This document shows, one piece after another, positions 18,201 to 27,374 of a DNA stretch of 64,000 bases. The stretch is from an uncultured Bacteroidales bacterium. Lineage in GTDB: Bacteria > Bacteroidota > Bacteroidia > Bacteroidales > UBA932. The stretch spans positions 48,294-112,293 of the forward strand of contig CALBPX010000061.1 of assembly GCA_937899055.1 (NCBI GenBank), written 5' to 3'. The position numbers and the translations under genes were made by a program. The notes beneath the pieces were generated by a model. That model was not told the DNA's origin and did no database searches. It saw nothing but the letters and a program-made list of their open reading frames with translations. Position 1 is the stretch's first letter. Every line of letters begins with the position of its first letter.

Positions 18201-19220
18201 ATGAATACAATTATCTTTACTGTCGTCACACTGGCAATTTTGGGTTTGCTGTTGGCGATTGTGCTCTACATTGTTGCTCAGAAATTCAAGGTGGAGGAAG
18301 ATCCCAGGATCGACACCGTTGAGTCTCTGATGCCGGGAGCAAACTGCGGAGGATGCGGAAAGGCCGGTTGCCGGGCATTTGCAGAATCTGCCGTAAAAGA
18401 TGGTCTGGACAATCTCTTCTGCCCTTTAGGCGGCAATGCTACTATGCAGAAAGTTGCTGAGGCTCTTGGGCTTACAGTTGAGGCCAAAGACCCTCAGGTT
18501 GCTGTTCTGAGATGCAACGGCAACTGCCAGAAGAGAAAGAAAACCACAAAGTACGAGGGTGTTACATCCTGTGCCACCGTGGCCGCTCTTTACGGCGGAG
18601 AAACAGACTGCCTTTTCGGCTGTCTGGGTTATGGCGACTGCCAGGCTGCCTGCAAGTTCGACGCTCTTAAAATCAATCTCGAAACCGGACTTCCGGAAAT
18701 TGACGAAGAAAAATGTACCGCCTGCGGTGCCTGTACAAAGGCTTGTCCAAAGCTCCTTCTGGAACTGAGGAACAAAGGGCCTAAGGGCAGGAGGGTCTAT
18801 GTGGCTTGCCGTAACAAGGATAAGGGGGCCGTTGCACGCAAGGCCTGCCTGTCTGCCTGCATTGGCTGCGGAAAGTGCGCAAAGGTATGTCCGTTCGGAG
18901 CCATTACGGTTGAAACCAACCTTGCTTACATAGACTTTACAAAGTGCCGTATGTGCCGCAAGTGCGTAACCGAATGTCCTACGGGAGCAATCCATGAAGT
19001 AAACTTTCCTCCGAGGCCTGCGGCAGTAAAACCTGCGGCAGCAACACCCGCAGCGGCCTCTCAGGCAACACCCGCAGCAGCAAAACCTGCGGCAGCAACA
19101 CCTGCAGCGGCAAAACCTGCGGCAGCAACACCCGCAGCAGCCTCTCAGGCAACACCACCCGCAGCAGCAACTGCTCCGGCAGAAAAGAAAGTAGAAATTC
19201 CGGTACAAAAAACAGAATAG
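18201..19220 (+). CDS. rnfB: Rnf electron transport complex subunit B with Pro/Ala-rich C-terminal tail
   Basis: N-terminal TM helix, CGGCGKAGC, several CxxCxxCxxxCP ferredoxin motifs. The final ~60 aa are PAAATPAAA-type repeats. Confidence 0.9.
   Translation: MNTIIFTVVTLAILGLLLAIVLYIVAQKFKVEEDPRIDTVESLMPGANCGGCGKAGCRAFAESAVKDGLDNLFCPLGGNATMQKVAEALGLTVEAKDPQVAVLRCNGNCQKRKKTTKYEGVTSCATVAALYGGETDCLFGCLGYGDCQAACKFDALKINLETGLPEIDEEKCTACGACTKACPKLLLELRNKGPKGRRVYVACRNKDKGAVARKACLSACIGCGKCAKVCPFGAITVETNLAYIDFTKCRMCRKCVTECPTGAIHEVNFPPRPAAVKPAAATPAAASQATPAAAKPAAATPAAAKPAAATPAAASQATPPAAATAPAEKKVEIPVQKTE
19021..19190 (+). repeat. in-frame Pro/Ala-rich tandem repeats at the rnfB 3' end
   Basis: AAACCTGCGGCAGCAACACC occurs three times (about 19038, 19093, 19123), interleaved with GCCTCTCAGGCAACACC units. 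Encodes KPAAATPAAASQATPAAA. Confidence 0.85.
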
Positions 19221-19223
19221 GTT

Positions 19224-20555
19224 ATGAGAACATTCAAAATGGGAGGCGTCCATCCTGCAGACAAAAAAATATCCAAGGACGCTAAAATAGAAAGGCTGCC
19301 TATTCCAAAGCTTGTGTATATTTCAATGGCACAGCATCTTGGCGCTCCTGCCGCACCGTGTGTAGCAGTTGGCGACAAGGTTAAGGTCGGGCAGGTGATT
19401 GCAAATCCTACAGGTTTTGTTTCTGCACCGGTACATTCATCGGTCAGCGGTACGGTAAAGGCTATAAGTATGGTCAACGACCTTGCAAAGAGGCCGGTAA
19501 ACACCATAACCATAGAAGTTGAAGGCGACGAGTGGATGGAAGACATAGACCGCTCGGAAGATATCGTCAGAGAAATCAAACTGGAAAAACAGGAAATAAT
19601 AGACCGCATAAAGGCCTGTGGCGTAGTTGGTTTGGGAGGTGCTACATTCCCTACGAGCATTAAGCTTTCTCCTCCTCCTACGGCAAAGCCTACATGTGTG
19701 ATTATAAACGGAGCGGAGTGCGAACCTTATCTTACTTCCGACTACAGAGTAATGGTTGAAATGCCGGAGCAGGTGCTCATCGGCGGAACCATCCTCATGA
19801 AGGCCCTGGGAGTAGATAAATGCTATGTGGGAATAGAGGAAAACAAGCCGGAGGCAATTAAGAAACTTTCTTCTCTGGCGCCTCAATATCCGGGCGTTGA
19901 GATTGTTACGCTCAAGAAAAAATATCCGCAGGGCGGAGAAAAGCAGCTCATAGATGCCGTAATAGGCAAGAAGGTTCCTTCCGGCGGACTTCCGGTAGAT
20001 ACCGGAGCCGTAGTCCAGAATATAGGTACCGCCTTTGCGGTTTATGAGGCCGTTCAGAAAAACAAGCCTTTGTTTGAGGGCATAATGACCGTTACCGGAG
20101 ACTGCGCCAAAGAGCAGAAGAACTATCTGCACAGGGTTGGAACCCCGCTGAGTTTCATCATGGAACAGTGCGGAGGTGTTCCGGAGGATGCCGTAAAGAT
20201 AATAAGCGGCGGACCTATGATGGGCAAGGCCATTGCCAACATAGATGCTCCTACGCTCAAGGGAACATCCTCCATCCTCTATATGACCGAGGCTCAGACA
20301 AAGCGCCGGCCGGAGAGCAACTGCATCCGTTGCGGCAAGTGCGTAAGTGCCTGTCCTATGGGCCTTGAGCCTTATCTGCTGAATAAACTCGGCAGGGCTG
20401 CAATGATGGACGAACTTGAGGAACACCATGTTTATGACTGTATCGAGTGCGGTTGTTGCTCGTTCACCTGTCCGGCATATATTCCTCTGCTGGATACCAT
20501 CCGCCAGAGCAAGGCATCGGTGATGAAAATAATGAGGAGCCGTCCTAAGAAATAA
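19224..20555 (+). CDS. rnfC: Rnf complex subunit C
   Basis: GLGGATFPT, CIRCGKCVSACPMGL and CIECGCCSFTCPA motifs. 443 aa. Confidence 0.93.
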   Translation: MRTFKMGGVHPADKKISKDAKIERLPIPKLVYISMAQHLGAPAAPCVAVGDKVKVGQVIANPTGFVSAPVHSSVSGTVKAISMVNDLAKRPVNTITIEVEGDEWMEDIDRSEDIVREIKLEKQEIIDRIKACGVVGLGGATFPTSIKLSPPPTAKPTCVIINGAECEPYLTSDYRVMVEMPEQVLIGGTILMKALGVDKCYVGIEENKPEAIKKLSSLAPQYPGVEIVTLKKKYPQGGEKQLIDAVIGKKVPSGGLPVDTGAVVQNIGTAFAVYEAVQKNKPLFEGIMTVTGDCAKEQKNYLHRVGTPLSFIMEQCGGVPEDAVKIISGGPMMGKAIANIDAPTLKGTSSILYMTEAQTKRRPESNCIRCGKCVSACPMGLEPYLLNKLGRAAMMDELEEHHVYDCIECGCCSFTCPAYIPLLDTIRQSKASVMKIMRSRPKK

Positions 20556-20597
20556 CAGGGGAGGCGTATTTGTAAGATTATTAAAAACATTCAACAA

Positions 20598-21626
20598 ATG
20601 AATACATTGATTGTATCTCCTTCTCCTCATGTTCACGGGAAGGAATCAACCAGAAAGATAATGGGCGATGTGATTATTGCACTTCTGCCCGCCGTTCTGG
20701 TTTCGATCTGGTTCTTTGGCCTGAGTGCAATACATCTGGTATGCGTGAGCGTACTCTCATGCGTTGTGTTTGAGTATCTGATCCAGAAACTGCTTCTTAA
20801 AGGAAGAAGCACCGTGGGAGATCTTTCCGCAGTGGTTACTGGAGTGCTTTTGGCTCTGAACCTTCCGGTCTGCTCTCCTTGGTGGCTCATCGTCATAGGT
20901 GCCTTTGTGGCAATAGGCGTTGCAAAGATGACATTCGGAGGTCTTGGCCAGAACCTGTTCAATCCGGCTCTTGTAGCCCGTGTGGTTCTGCTGGTTTCGT
21001 TCCCGGTTCTTATGACCTCAACTGCATTCCACGCTCCCGAAACCGGTTACCTTTTCGGCAATTCTGATGTAGCTGCCACAGCCCTTGATGCCACTTCCGG
21101 TGCAACTCCGCTGGGGTTTGTAAAAGAGCAGTTGGCAAAGGGAGTGCCTATGCAGGAAATTATGGCAACCCCGGGGCTGTCCTACACTCAGCTTCTGTTT
21201 GCAAGGCTGGGCGGCAGCGCAGGAGAGCTTTCTGCAATAGCCTTGATAATAGGCTTTATCTACCTTCTCTGCAGAAGGGTCATAAAGCCTTGGATATCGC
21301 TGAGCATACTGCTTACGGTATTTGTTTTTGCAGGCATTCTCTGGCTTGCCAATCCGGCTAAATTCACAGATCCGGTATTCAATCTGCTGAGTGGAGGTTT
21401 GCTCCTGGGAGCATTCTTCATGGCAACAGACTATGTAACAAGCCCTATGACGGCCAAAGGTCAGGTTATCTTTGGAATAGGCATAGGTATAATAACCATA
21501 TTGATAAGAGAGTTCGGAGCCTATCCGGAAGGAGTTTCGTTTGCCATTCTGATTATGAATGCAACCGTTCCTCTGCTGAACAGGTTCCAGCCTAAGAGAT
21601 TTGCGGTGGAGGCGCAGAAAAAGTAA
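20598..21626 (+). CDS. rnfD: Rnf complex subunit D
   Basis: Polytopic membrane protein. SGATPL (FMN attachment context). NqrB/RnfD-like. Confidence 0.92.
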   Translation: MNTLIVSPSPHVHGKESTRKIMGDVIIALLPAVLVSIWFFGLSAIHLVCVSVLSCVVFEYLIQKLLLKGRSTVGDLSAVVTGVLLALNLPVCSPWWLIVIGAFVAIGVAKMTFGGLGQNLFNPALVARVVLLVSFPVLMTSTAFHAPETGYLFGNSDVAATALDATSGATPLGFVKEQLAKGVPMQEIMATPGLSYTQLLFARLGGSAGELSAIALIIGFIYLLCRRVIKPWISLSILLTVFVFAGILWLANPAKFTDPVFNLLSGGLLLGAFFMATDYVTSPMTAKGQVIFGIGIGIITILIREFGAYPEGVSFAILIMNATVPLLNRFQPKRFAVEAQKK

Positions 21627-22225
21627 TGGCTATAAAATCTTCACTCAGAAACATGGTAGTTGTGCTCACGCTGGTATGCCTGGGCGCATCTGCCGCAGTA
21701 GCAGTTGTTTACGCTGTTACTAAAGATCCTATCGCCGCTGCCGTTGCAGACAAGACCAACAAGGCGATTGAGGAAGTTGTTCCTTCGTTCGACAACAATC
21801 CTTCAGAAGAAACCATGATGGTAGTGGCCGACCTTCAGAACCCCGCAGAAACCAACAAGGTTTATGTTGCCAGAAAGGGCGGAGAGATTGTAGGTTATGC
21901 TATAGAGAGTACCACCAAGAAGGGCTTTGGCGGTCCGTTCACCATTATGGTGGGCTTTACTCCGGACGGAAAAGTTTACAACACTTCCGTTCTTTCCCAC
22001 TCCGAAACCCCAGGTCTGGGAGCCAAGATTACAGACAAGGGCAGTCATTTTATTACCCAGTGGAAAGACAAGAACCTTACGGACGGAAGCGTAAACCTTA
22101 CAGTTAAGAAAGATGGCGGAGACATTGATGCCATAACCGCATCTACCATATCTTCAAGGGCTTTCTGCAATGCTATGGAGATTGCCGCCAATGTCTTCAA
22201 CAATATTTCCACCGAAAAACATTAG
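21626..22225 (+). CDS. rnfG: Rnf complex subunit G
   Basis: N-terminal anchor, SETPGLG, DAITASTISSRA FMN-binding motif. Start overlaps the rnfD stop. Confidence 0.9.
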   Translation: MAIKSSLRNMVVVLTLVCLGASAAVAVVYAVTKDPIAAAVADKTNKAIEEVVPSFDNNPSEETMMVVADLQNPAETNKVYVARKGGEIVGYAIESTTKKGFGGPFTIMVGFTPDGKVYNTSVLSHSETPGLGAKITDKGSHFITQWKDKNLTDGSVNLTVKKDGGDIDAITASTISSRAFCNAMEIAANVFNNISTEKH

Positions 22226-22228
22226 ACT

Positions 22229-22822
22229 ATGAGCAAATTCAAATATCTGATAGACGGTATTGTAAAGAACAACCCTACGTTTGTTCTGGTTTTGGGTATG
22301 TGCCCTACGCTGGCAACTACCACTTCGGCCATAAACGGTATGGGTATGGGACTTGCCACCACGGCTGTTCTCATCTGTTCCAACATGGTTATATCCCTGC
22401 TTGCTCCGGTGATTCCGAACAAGGTCAGGATACCTTGCTACATTGTGGTAATTGCCGCATTTGTAACTGTGGTTCAGTTTGTAATGCAGGCTTTTACGCC
22501 AAGCCTTTACGAGACCCTCGGAATCTTTATTCCGTTGATTGTGGTCAACTGTATTGTTCTGGGCCGTGCGGAGGCTTTTGCCAACAAACATTCTGTTGGC
22601 GAGAGTGCTTTGGACGGAATAGGCATAGGTATAGGCTTTACTCTTGCGCTCACATGCATCGGTCTGGTAAGAGAGTTGCTGGGCAATCTTTCAGCCTTTG
22701 ACAACAAGTTCTCTTCTTCTGACGGAATGTTGGTATTTGTACTTGCTCCCGGAGCCTTCCTGGTTCTGGGTTACCTGATGGTATTGTTCAACAGGCTCAA
22801 AGACCGCAAGAAAAAAGCCTGA
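22229..22822 (+). CDS. rnfE: Rnf complex subunit E
   Basis: NNPTFVLVLGMCPTLATT and IPLIVVNCIVLGRAEAFA are typical RnfE/NqrD motifs. Confidence 0.92.
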   Translation: MSKFKYLIDGIVKNNPTFVLVLGMCPTLATTTSAINGMGMGLATTAVLICSNMVISLLAPVIPNKVRIPCYIVVIAAFVTVVQFVMQAFTPSLYETLGIFIPLIVVNCIVLGRAEAFANKHSVGESALDGIGIGIGFTLALTCIGLVRELLGNLSAFDNKFSSSDGMLVFVLAPGAFLVLGYLMVLFNRLKDRKKKA

Positions 22823-22849
22823 GCAGTGTAATTCTTAAAAGAAAAGATT

Positions 22850-23470
22850 ATGGAATATTTGATTATCATAATATCGGCTGTATTCGTAAACAACGTAGTA
22901 CTCAGCCAGTTCCTTGGAATCTGCCCGTTTTTGGGAGTATCCAAGAAGGTTTCCACTGCCTTTGGAATGAGCCTTGCCCTTGTGCTTGTGATGGGCCTTG
23001 CCACCCTGGTTACATATCTCATCCAGAACTATGTATTGATAAACACATGGTTCGGACAGAAGATAGACATAACATTCATGCAGACCATAGTGTTCATCCT
23101 TGTGATTGCCGCTCTGGTTCAGATGGTAGAAATCATACTCAAGAAAATCAATCCTACGCTGTATCAGGCTTTGGGAATTTTCCTTCCTCTGATTACTACC
23201 AACTGCGCAGTTTTGGGGGCTTCCATTCTGGTTGTAACCAAGGAATTTGCTGCCAAGGGAGTTGAGTCTCACATGATGAACCTGGGAGAAAGCGTGGTTT
23301 ATTCCATGAGCCTTGCAATAGGTTTTGGAATAGCTATCATCCTGTTTGCCGGAATGAGGGAGCAGCTGGAACTGAGCAACGTTCCCAAGGCAATGAGAGG
23401 CACTCCCATAGCTCTTATTACCGCCGGCCTTCTGGCTTTGGCCTTCATGGGCTTCCAGGGCATGGTATAG
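22850..23470 (+). CDS. rnfA: Rnf complex subunit A
   Basis: NNVVLSQFLGICPFLGVS and LPLITTNCAVLG are typical RnfA/NqrE motifs. Confidence 0.92.
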   Translation: MEYLIIIISAVFVNNVVLSQFLGICPFLGVSKKVSTAFGMSLALVLVMGLATLVTYLIQNYVLINTWFGQKIDITFMQTIVFILVIAALVQMVEIILKKINPTLYQALGIFLPLITTNCAVLGASILVVTKEFAAKGVESHMMNLGESVVYSMSLAIGFGIAIILFAGMREQLELSNVPKAMRGTPIALITAGLLALAFMGFQGMV

Positions 23471-23492
23471 TTTTTACTCAGCGATAGGTTTT

Positions 23493-23795
23493 ATGGCAGA
23501 GGACAAGAAGCAAATACTGGGCAGACTGATTACCGCAGTGGAGATTGAGGCTCTGATGCGGGAAGGCCGCAACGAGGAAGCCCTCGGCTGCCTGAAGGCC
23601 CTTCTGAAGAAGGAGCCCCTCAACTCCTATGCCTGGTATCTTCTTGGAAACCTCTACAGCCGGAGCCAGTTTTACCGTGAGGCTCTTGAAGCCTACAACA
23701 ATGCAAAACTCATTGAGCCGGAAGGTCCCGCAGCTGCAGCAGTAGATTGGGTTGTGGAGCAGATGAACTCAGAACTTAAAAATTTTCATATATGA
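23493..23795 (+). CDS. small TPR-repeat protein
   Basis: AWYLLGNLYSRSQFYREALEAYNNAKLIEP is a TPR motif. 100 aa. Its stop overlaps the next start (ATGA). Confidence 0.6.
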   Translation: MAEDKKQILGRLITAVEIEALMREGRNEEALGCLKALLKKEPLNSYAWYLLGNLYSRSQFYREALEAYNNAKLIEPEGPAAAAVDWVVEQMNSELKNFHI

Positions 23796-26389
23796 ACAAG
23801 AATCTAAAAATCAGGCTGACTTACTTGATGTCGGCCTTTTGCGTTGCCGCAGTCTTGAGTTTCAGTACTCAGCCGGCTTTTGCTCAGCGAAATCCTAACG
23901 GCGGTCAGGGTACTCCTCCAGCCGCTCAGGGTCAGCCGGGAGCTCCCGGTCAGCCTGGCCAGCAGGCTCAGAAAAAGAAAGGCCCTGAGTCTTTGGACAA
24001 GTTTGTAAAGAAAGATGCAAAGGTGATGAAGGGCCTTACCACGGTCTATAACCAGGAAGGCAAGTACTACATCAGCATCAACGATTCCATCATAGGCAGA
24101 GACCTTGAACTGGTTTCCAGGATAGGCAAGAGCGCCGAGGGCGGAAGAAGAGGCTTCAACGGCTATGCCGGAGATGTTGTAGGCGAGGCTATGGTAAGAT
24201 TCTCCAAAGGGCCTGACAACAAGATATTCCTGCATCAGGTTATGCTACGCGAAAGGGCCACGGGAAGCATGGCGGAAAACGTAAAGAATTCCAACACTCC
24301 AGCCATCGTAGCTTCGTTTGACATCGTTGCCTGGAACCAGGACAAGACAGAAAACCTGATAGATGTTTCCAGCTTCCTTCTCACGGAAAACTCGCTGCTT
24401 CACTTCAACAGATTCCTCAAACGCTCCTTCACCCTTCAGAACATTGCAAGAGACCGTTCTTACGTAGAGGAAATCAAGACCTATCCCATCAACACTGAGT
24501 TCAAGACAGTTGTAACATACGGAAAGGAAAACGGCGGCTCTGCAACCTACGGATACAACGCTTCTTTGGTTCTGCTGCCCAAGGAGCCTATGATGGGCCG
24601 TATCATGGACCCCAGAGTAGGTTTCTTTACAGTCCGTTACACAGATTTTGACATGAATCCTCAGGGCGTAAAGCAGGTCAGCCTTGCAGCCCGCTGGAGA
24701 CTGGAACCCAAGAAAGAAGACCTACAGAAATATCTCAACGGAGAGCTTGTAGAACCTCAGAAGCCCATCGTGATATATATAGACCCTTCCACTCCAAAGG
24801 AATGGGTTCCTTACCTGATAGCAGGCGTAAACGACTGGCAGGCTGCCTTTGAGCAGGCCGGTTTCAAGAATGCGATTGTGGCCCGCCAGGCTCCTTCAAA
24901 GGAAGAAGATCCTACATGGAGCCTCGACGATGCAACCCATTCGGCTATAGTTTACAAGCCGTCCGATGTAGCCAATGCCAGCGGCCCCCATGTTTCAGAT
25001 CCCCGCAGCGGCGAAATCATAGAAACCCACATCAACTGGTATCACAATGTGATGAACCTTCTGAGGAACTGGTACTTTGTTCAATGTGCTCCGAGCGACC
25101 CCATGGCCCGCAACATGCAGCTGCCTACGGAACTCATGGGAGAACTCATCCGTTTTGTATCTTCTCACGAGGTGGGCCACACCCTTGGTCTGAGGCATAA
25201 TTTTGCCGGCAGCAACTGCCCCATCTACACGGTTCAGAACCTGAAGAACGTAGAGTTCCTAAAGAAGTACGGACATGCTTCCTCAATCATGGACTATGCC
25301 CGTTTCCTGTACCTTGCAGAAGAAAAGGACAACATACCCCAGAACCTTCTGTTCCCTAACATAGGTCCTTACGACAAGTGGGCAATTGAATGGGGTTACA
25401 GGTATTATCCTCAGTTCACAGACCCTGTAAAGGAGAACGAGTACCTCAAGACCGTAGTTACTGAAAAGCTCAAAGATCCTTCAGGAGTTTATAAGTTTGG
25501 TACGGAGAGCGACCCTTCAGACCCTCGTTACCAGAGCGAAGACCTGGGAGTAAACCAGATAGAAAGCAACGAAATAGGAATGAACAACCTCAAGGTCATA
25601 ATGGCCAACATAGAAAAGTGGACTGCAACTCCCAACGAGCCTTATGACAATCTCCGCGATATTTATGATCAGGTTGTAAACCAGTACAAGCGTTACATCA
25701 ACCATGCAGCCAAGTATATCGGAGGAATCTACACCGAGGAGAAACTCTCCGACGAACCCGGCAACATCCGCACTTTTGTAGATAAGGCAAAGCAGCAGGA
25801 GGCTCTCGCTTTCCTCAAGAAGCATTTCTTTACCACGCCAAAGTGGCTGCTCAAAGACGAGGTCTTCCTCAAGACCAAGCGCAACAAGACCGATATCATG
25901 AGCGGTATCTACAGCGGTACCCTGGGCAAGCTTCTGGACAACCGAGTCCTGGATAACCTCTGCAAGGCTGAGGTCATGAACGGCAAAGCTGCCTATACCA
26001 TAGAGAATTTCTTCACAGACATGAATGCCATTGTGTTTGCGCCCATGCCGGCTGATCCTCAGGAGGCCGCTTACCGCAGACTCATGCAGAAGATATATGT
26101 GCAGAAACTCTGCGATATGTACACCGGAAGCGGCAACGGCAACTCCAGCGGCGGAATGATAGTGATTTACACTCCCGAAGAAAACGGCAACTCCGATGTG
26201 TCGTCTATGATACTCGGCCAGTTGGAGATGTTGCAGAACAAGTTCAAGGCAGCATCTGCCACTACCACCACCCTCAACGGGGCACACAACCGTTTCCTCT
26301 ATGAGAGAGTGCGCCGTGCCATTACAGACCAGAGGCAGAAGGCTGCGGCCCCTGCGGCAACCGCAACGCCGTTCAGGATAGACGACTGA
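23792..26389 (+). CDS. secreted zinc-dependent metalloprotease (large Bacteroidota DUF5117/DUF4953-type)
   Basis: Signal peptide, Gln/Pro-rich linker, HEVGHTLGLRHNF zincin motif. 865 aa. Confidence 0.8.
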   Translation: MNKNLKIRLTYLMSAFCVAAVLSFSTQPAFAQRNPNGGQGTPPAAQGQPGAPGQPGQQAQKKKGPESLDKFVKKDAKVMKGLTTVYNQEGKYYISINDSIIGRDLELVSRIGKSAEGGRRGFNGYAGDVVGEAMVRFSKGPDNKIFLHQVMLRERATGSMAENVKNSNTPAIVASFDIVAWNQDKTENLIDVSSFLLTENSLLHFNRFLKRSFTLQNIARDRSYVEEIKTYPINTEFKTVVTYGKENGGSATYGYNASLVLLPKEPMMGRIMDPRVGFFTVRYTDFDMNPQGVKQVSLAARWRLEPKKEDLQKYLNGELVEPQKPIVIYIDPSTPKEWVPYLIAGVNDWQAAFEQAGFKNAIVARQAPSKEEDPTWSLDDATHSAIVYKPSDVANASGPHVSDPRSGEIIETHINWYHNVMNLLRNWYFVQCAPSDPMARNMQLPTELMGELIRFVSSHEVGHTLGLRHNFAGSNCPIYTVQNLKNVEFLKKYGHASSIMDYARFLYLAEEKDNIPQNLLFPNIGPYDKWAIEWGYRYYPQFTDPVKENEYLKTVVTEKLKDPSGVYKFGTESDPSDPRYQSEDLGVNQIESNEIGMNNLKVIMANIEKWTATPNEPYDNLRDIYDQVVNQYKRYINHAAKYIGGIYTEEKLSDEPGNIRTFVDKAKQQEALAFLKKHFFTTPKWLLKDEVFLKTKRNKTDIMSGIYSGTLGKLLDNRVLDNLCKAEVMNGKAAYTIENFFTDMNAIVFAPMPADPQEAAYRRLMQKIYVQKLCDMYTGSGNGNSSGGMIVIYTPEENGNSDVSSMILGQLEMLQNKFKAASATTTTLNGAHNRFLYERVRRAITDQRQKAAAPAATATPFRIDD

Positions 26390-26402
26390 TGGAAATGAAA
26401 AA

Positions 26403-26428
26403 GGGTTGGCTTTTGCCAACCCATTTCT
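26403..26428 (+). terminator. hairpin terminator after the metalloprotease gene
   Basis: GGGTTGGC TTTT GCCAACCC perfect 8-bp stem, 14 nt after the stop. Trailing ATTTCTC is only moderately U-rich. Confidence 0.55.
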
Positions 26429-26559
26429 CAAACCTAAAAATTAACCTATGAAAAAACTACGCTTTAGATATTGCAAAGCCCGTGCCACAAATCTTCATCG
26501 CTGAAGAAAAAAGTTGCAGGTTTCTGTGCTTTTTATCTAAAACGTTATTTTTCAATGGT

Positions 26560-27255
26560 TTATTTTACAGGTAATATTGAAATTATTTTTATGTCGGTGT
26601 TCGGGAGATCTCTTTTGCGAGCTCCGGTAGCAACACTGGCTATCTTATCAACCACATCAAGTCCGCTGACCGTTTCGCCAAATACGGTATAGTCTCCGTC
26701 CAGCTGCTTGCAGGCGGTAGCATCCTGTACAATGTAGAACTGGCTGCCGGAAGAAGCCTTTTCTGGATTGGACATATCGCCTTTGCGGGCTGCAGCCAAG
26801 GCTCCCTTCTTGTGCAGGTGCAGAGGCTTGCCGTCTTCCGAGCGCATTTCTGCCGGAATGGTGTAGCCAGGGCCGCCGGTTCCGAATACATCTATACGGT
26901 CAGGATAAGAACGGGTGTAGGGGTCTCCGGTCTGAATCATAAAGCCACGGATGACGCGGTGGAAAGTAATGTCGTTGTAGAACTTTACGGAAGCCAGACG
27001 AATGAAATTTTTCTTGTGTTTGGGTGTGTCTTCGTAGAGTTTTACACGGATGGTGCCCATGGTTGTGACAATGTCGAACTGAGGTTCTGCTCCCAGAGAA
27101 TCTGGGTTGAAAGCAAGTTCCGGTTCGGCTTTCTTTTCCGTTTCGGCCTGCTGAGTTTGAGGCTGTTCTGGCTGTTCCTGCTGGGTTTTATCTCCGCCTT
27201 TGCAGGAGAAGAGCAAAAATGAACATGCTGCTGCTAACATAAATATCTGTTTCAT
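26560..27255 (-). CDS. cyclophilin-type peptidyl-prolyl cis-trans isomerase, lipoprotein
   Basis: FHRVIRGFMIQTGDP and SGSQFYIV motifs. MKQIFMLAAACSFLLFSC lipobox start at 27255. The ORF is open to 27297. Confidence 0.85.
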   Translation of the reverse strand: MKQIFMLAAACSFLLFSCKGGDKTQQEQPEQPQTQQAETEKKAEPELAFNPDSLGAEPQFDIVTTMGTIRVKLYEDTPKHKKNFIRLASVKFYNDITFHRVIRGFMIQTGDPYTRSYPDRIDVFGTGGPGYTIPAEMRSEDGKPLHLHKKGALAAARKGDMSNPEKASSGSQFYIVQDATACKQLDGDYTVFGETVSGLDVVDKIASVATGARKRDLPNTDIKIISILPVK

Positions 27256-27307
27256 AATTCTTGAAATTGATTTCTGTCTGTAATGCTCCAAAGGCATAAA
27301 TTCACAA

Positions 27308-27315
27308 CAAATATA
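27308..27315 (-). promoter_or_regulatory. -7 box TATATTTG for the cyclophilin gene
   Basis: Reverse complement of CAAATATA. About 52 nt upstream of the lipoprotein start at 27255. Confidence 0.45.
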
Positions 27316-27374
27316 ATCAATATGAAAAATCCGGGTTATAGCGAGTGGATTATTTGATTAACTTTGGAGACTAT

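Noticed and set aside
19437-20636. 399-aa ORF antisense to rnfC. Similar long antisense or shadow ORFs at 18426..19253 (Cys-rich, opposite rnfB), 40536..41597 (opposite the RND pump), 25517..26431 (opposite the metalloprotease) and 55080..55961.
   Set aside because: Each lies fully opposite, or out of frame with, a gene that has unmistakable conserved motifs. Their translations are low-complexity or compositionally odd (Arg/Cys/His-rich) with no recognisable domains. Long stop-free antisense frames are expected at this GC content.
26448-26501. 17-codon ORF (MKKLRFRYCKARATNLHR) in the convergent gap between the metalloprotease and cyclophilin genes.
   Set aside because: It lies downstream of a terminator hairpin with no promoter motif in front. 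It is too short and featureless to call.
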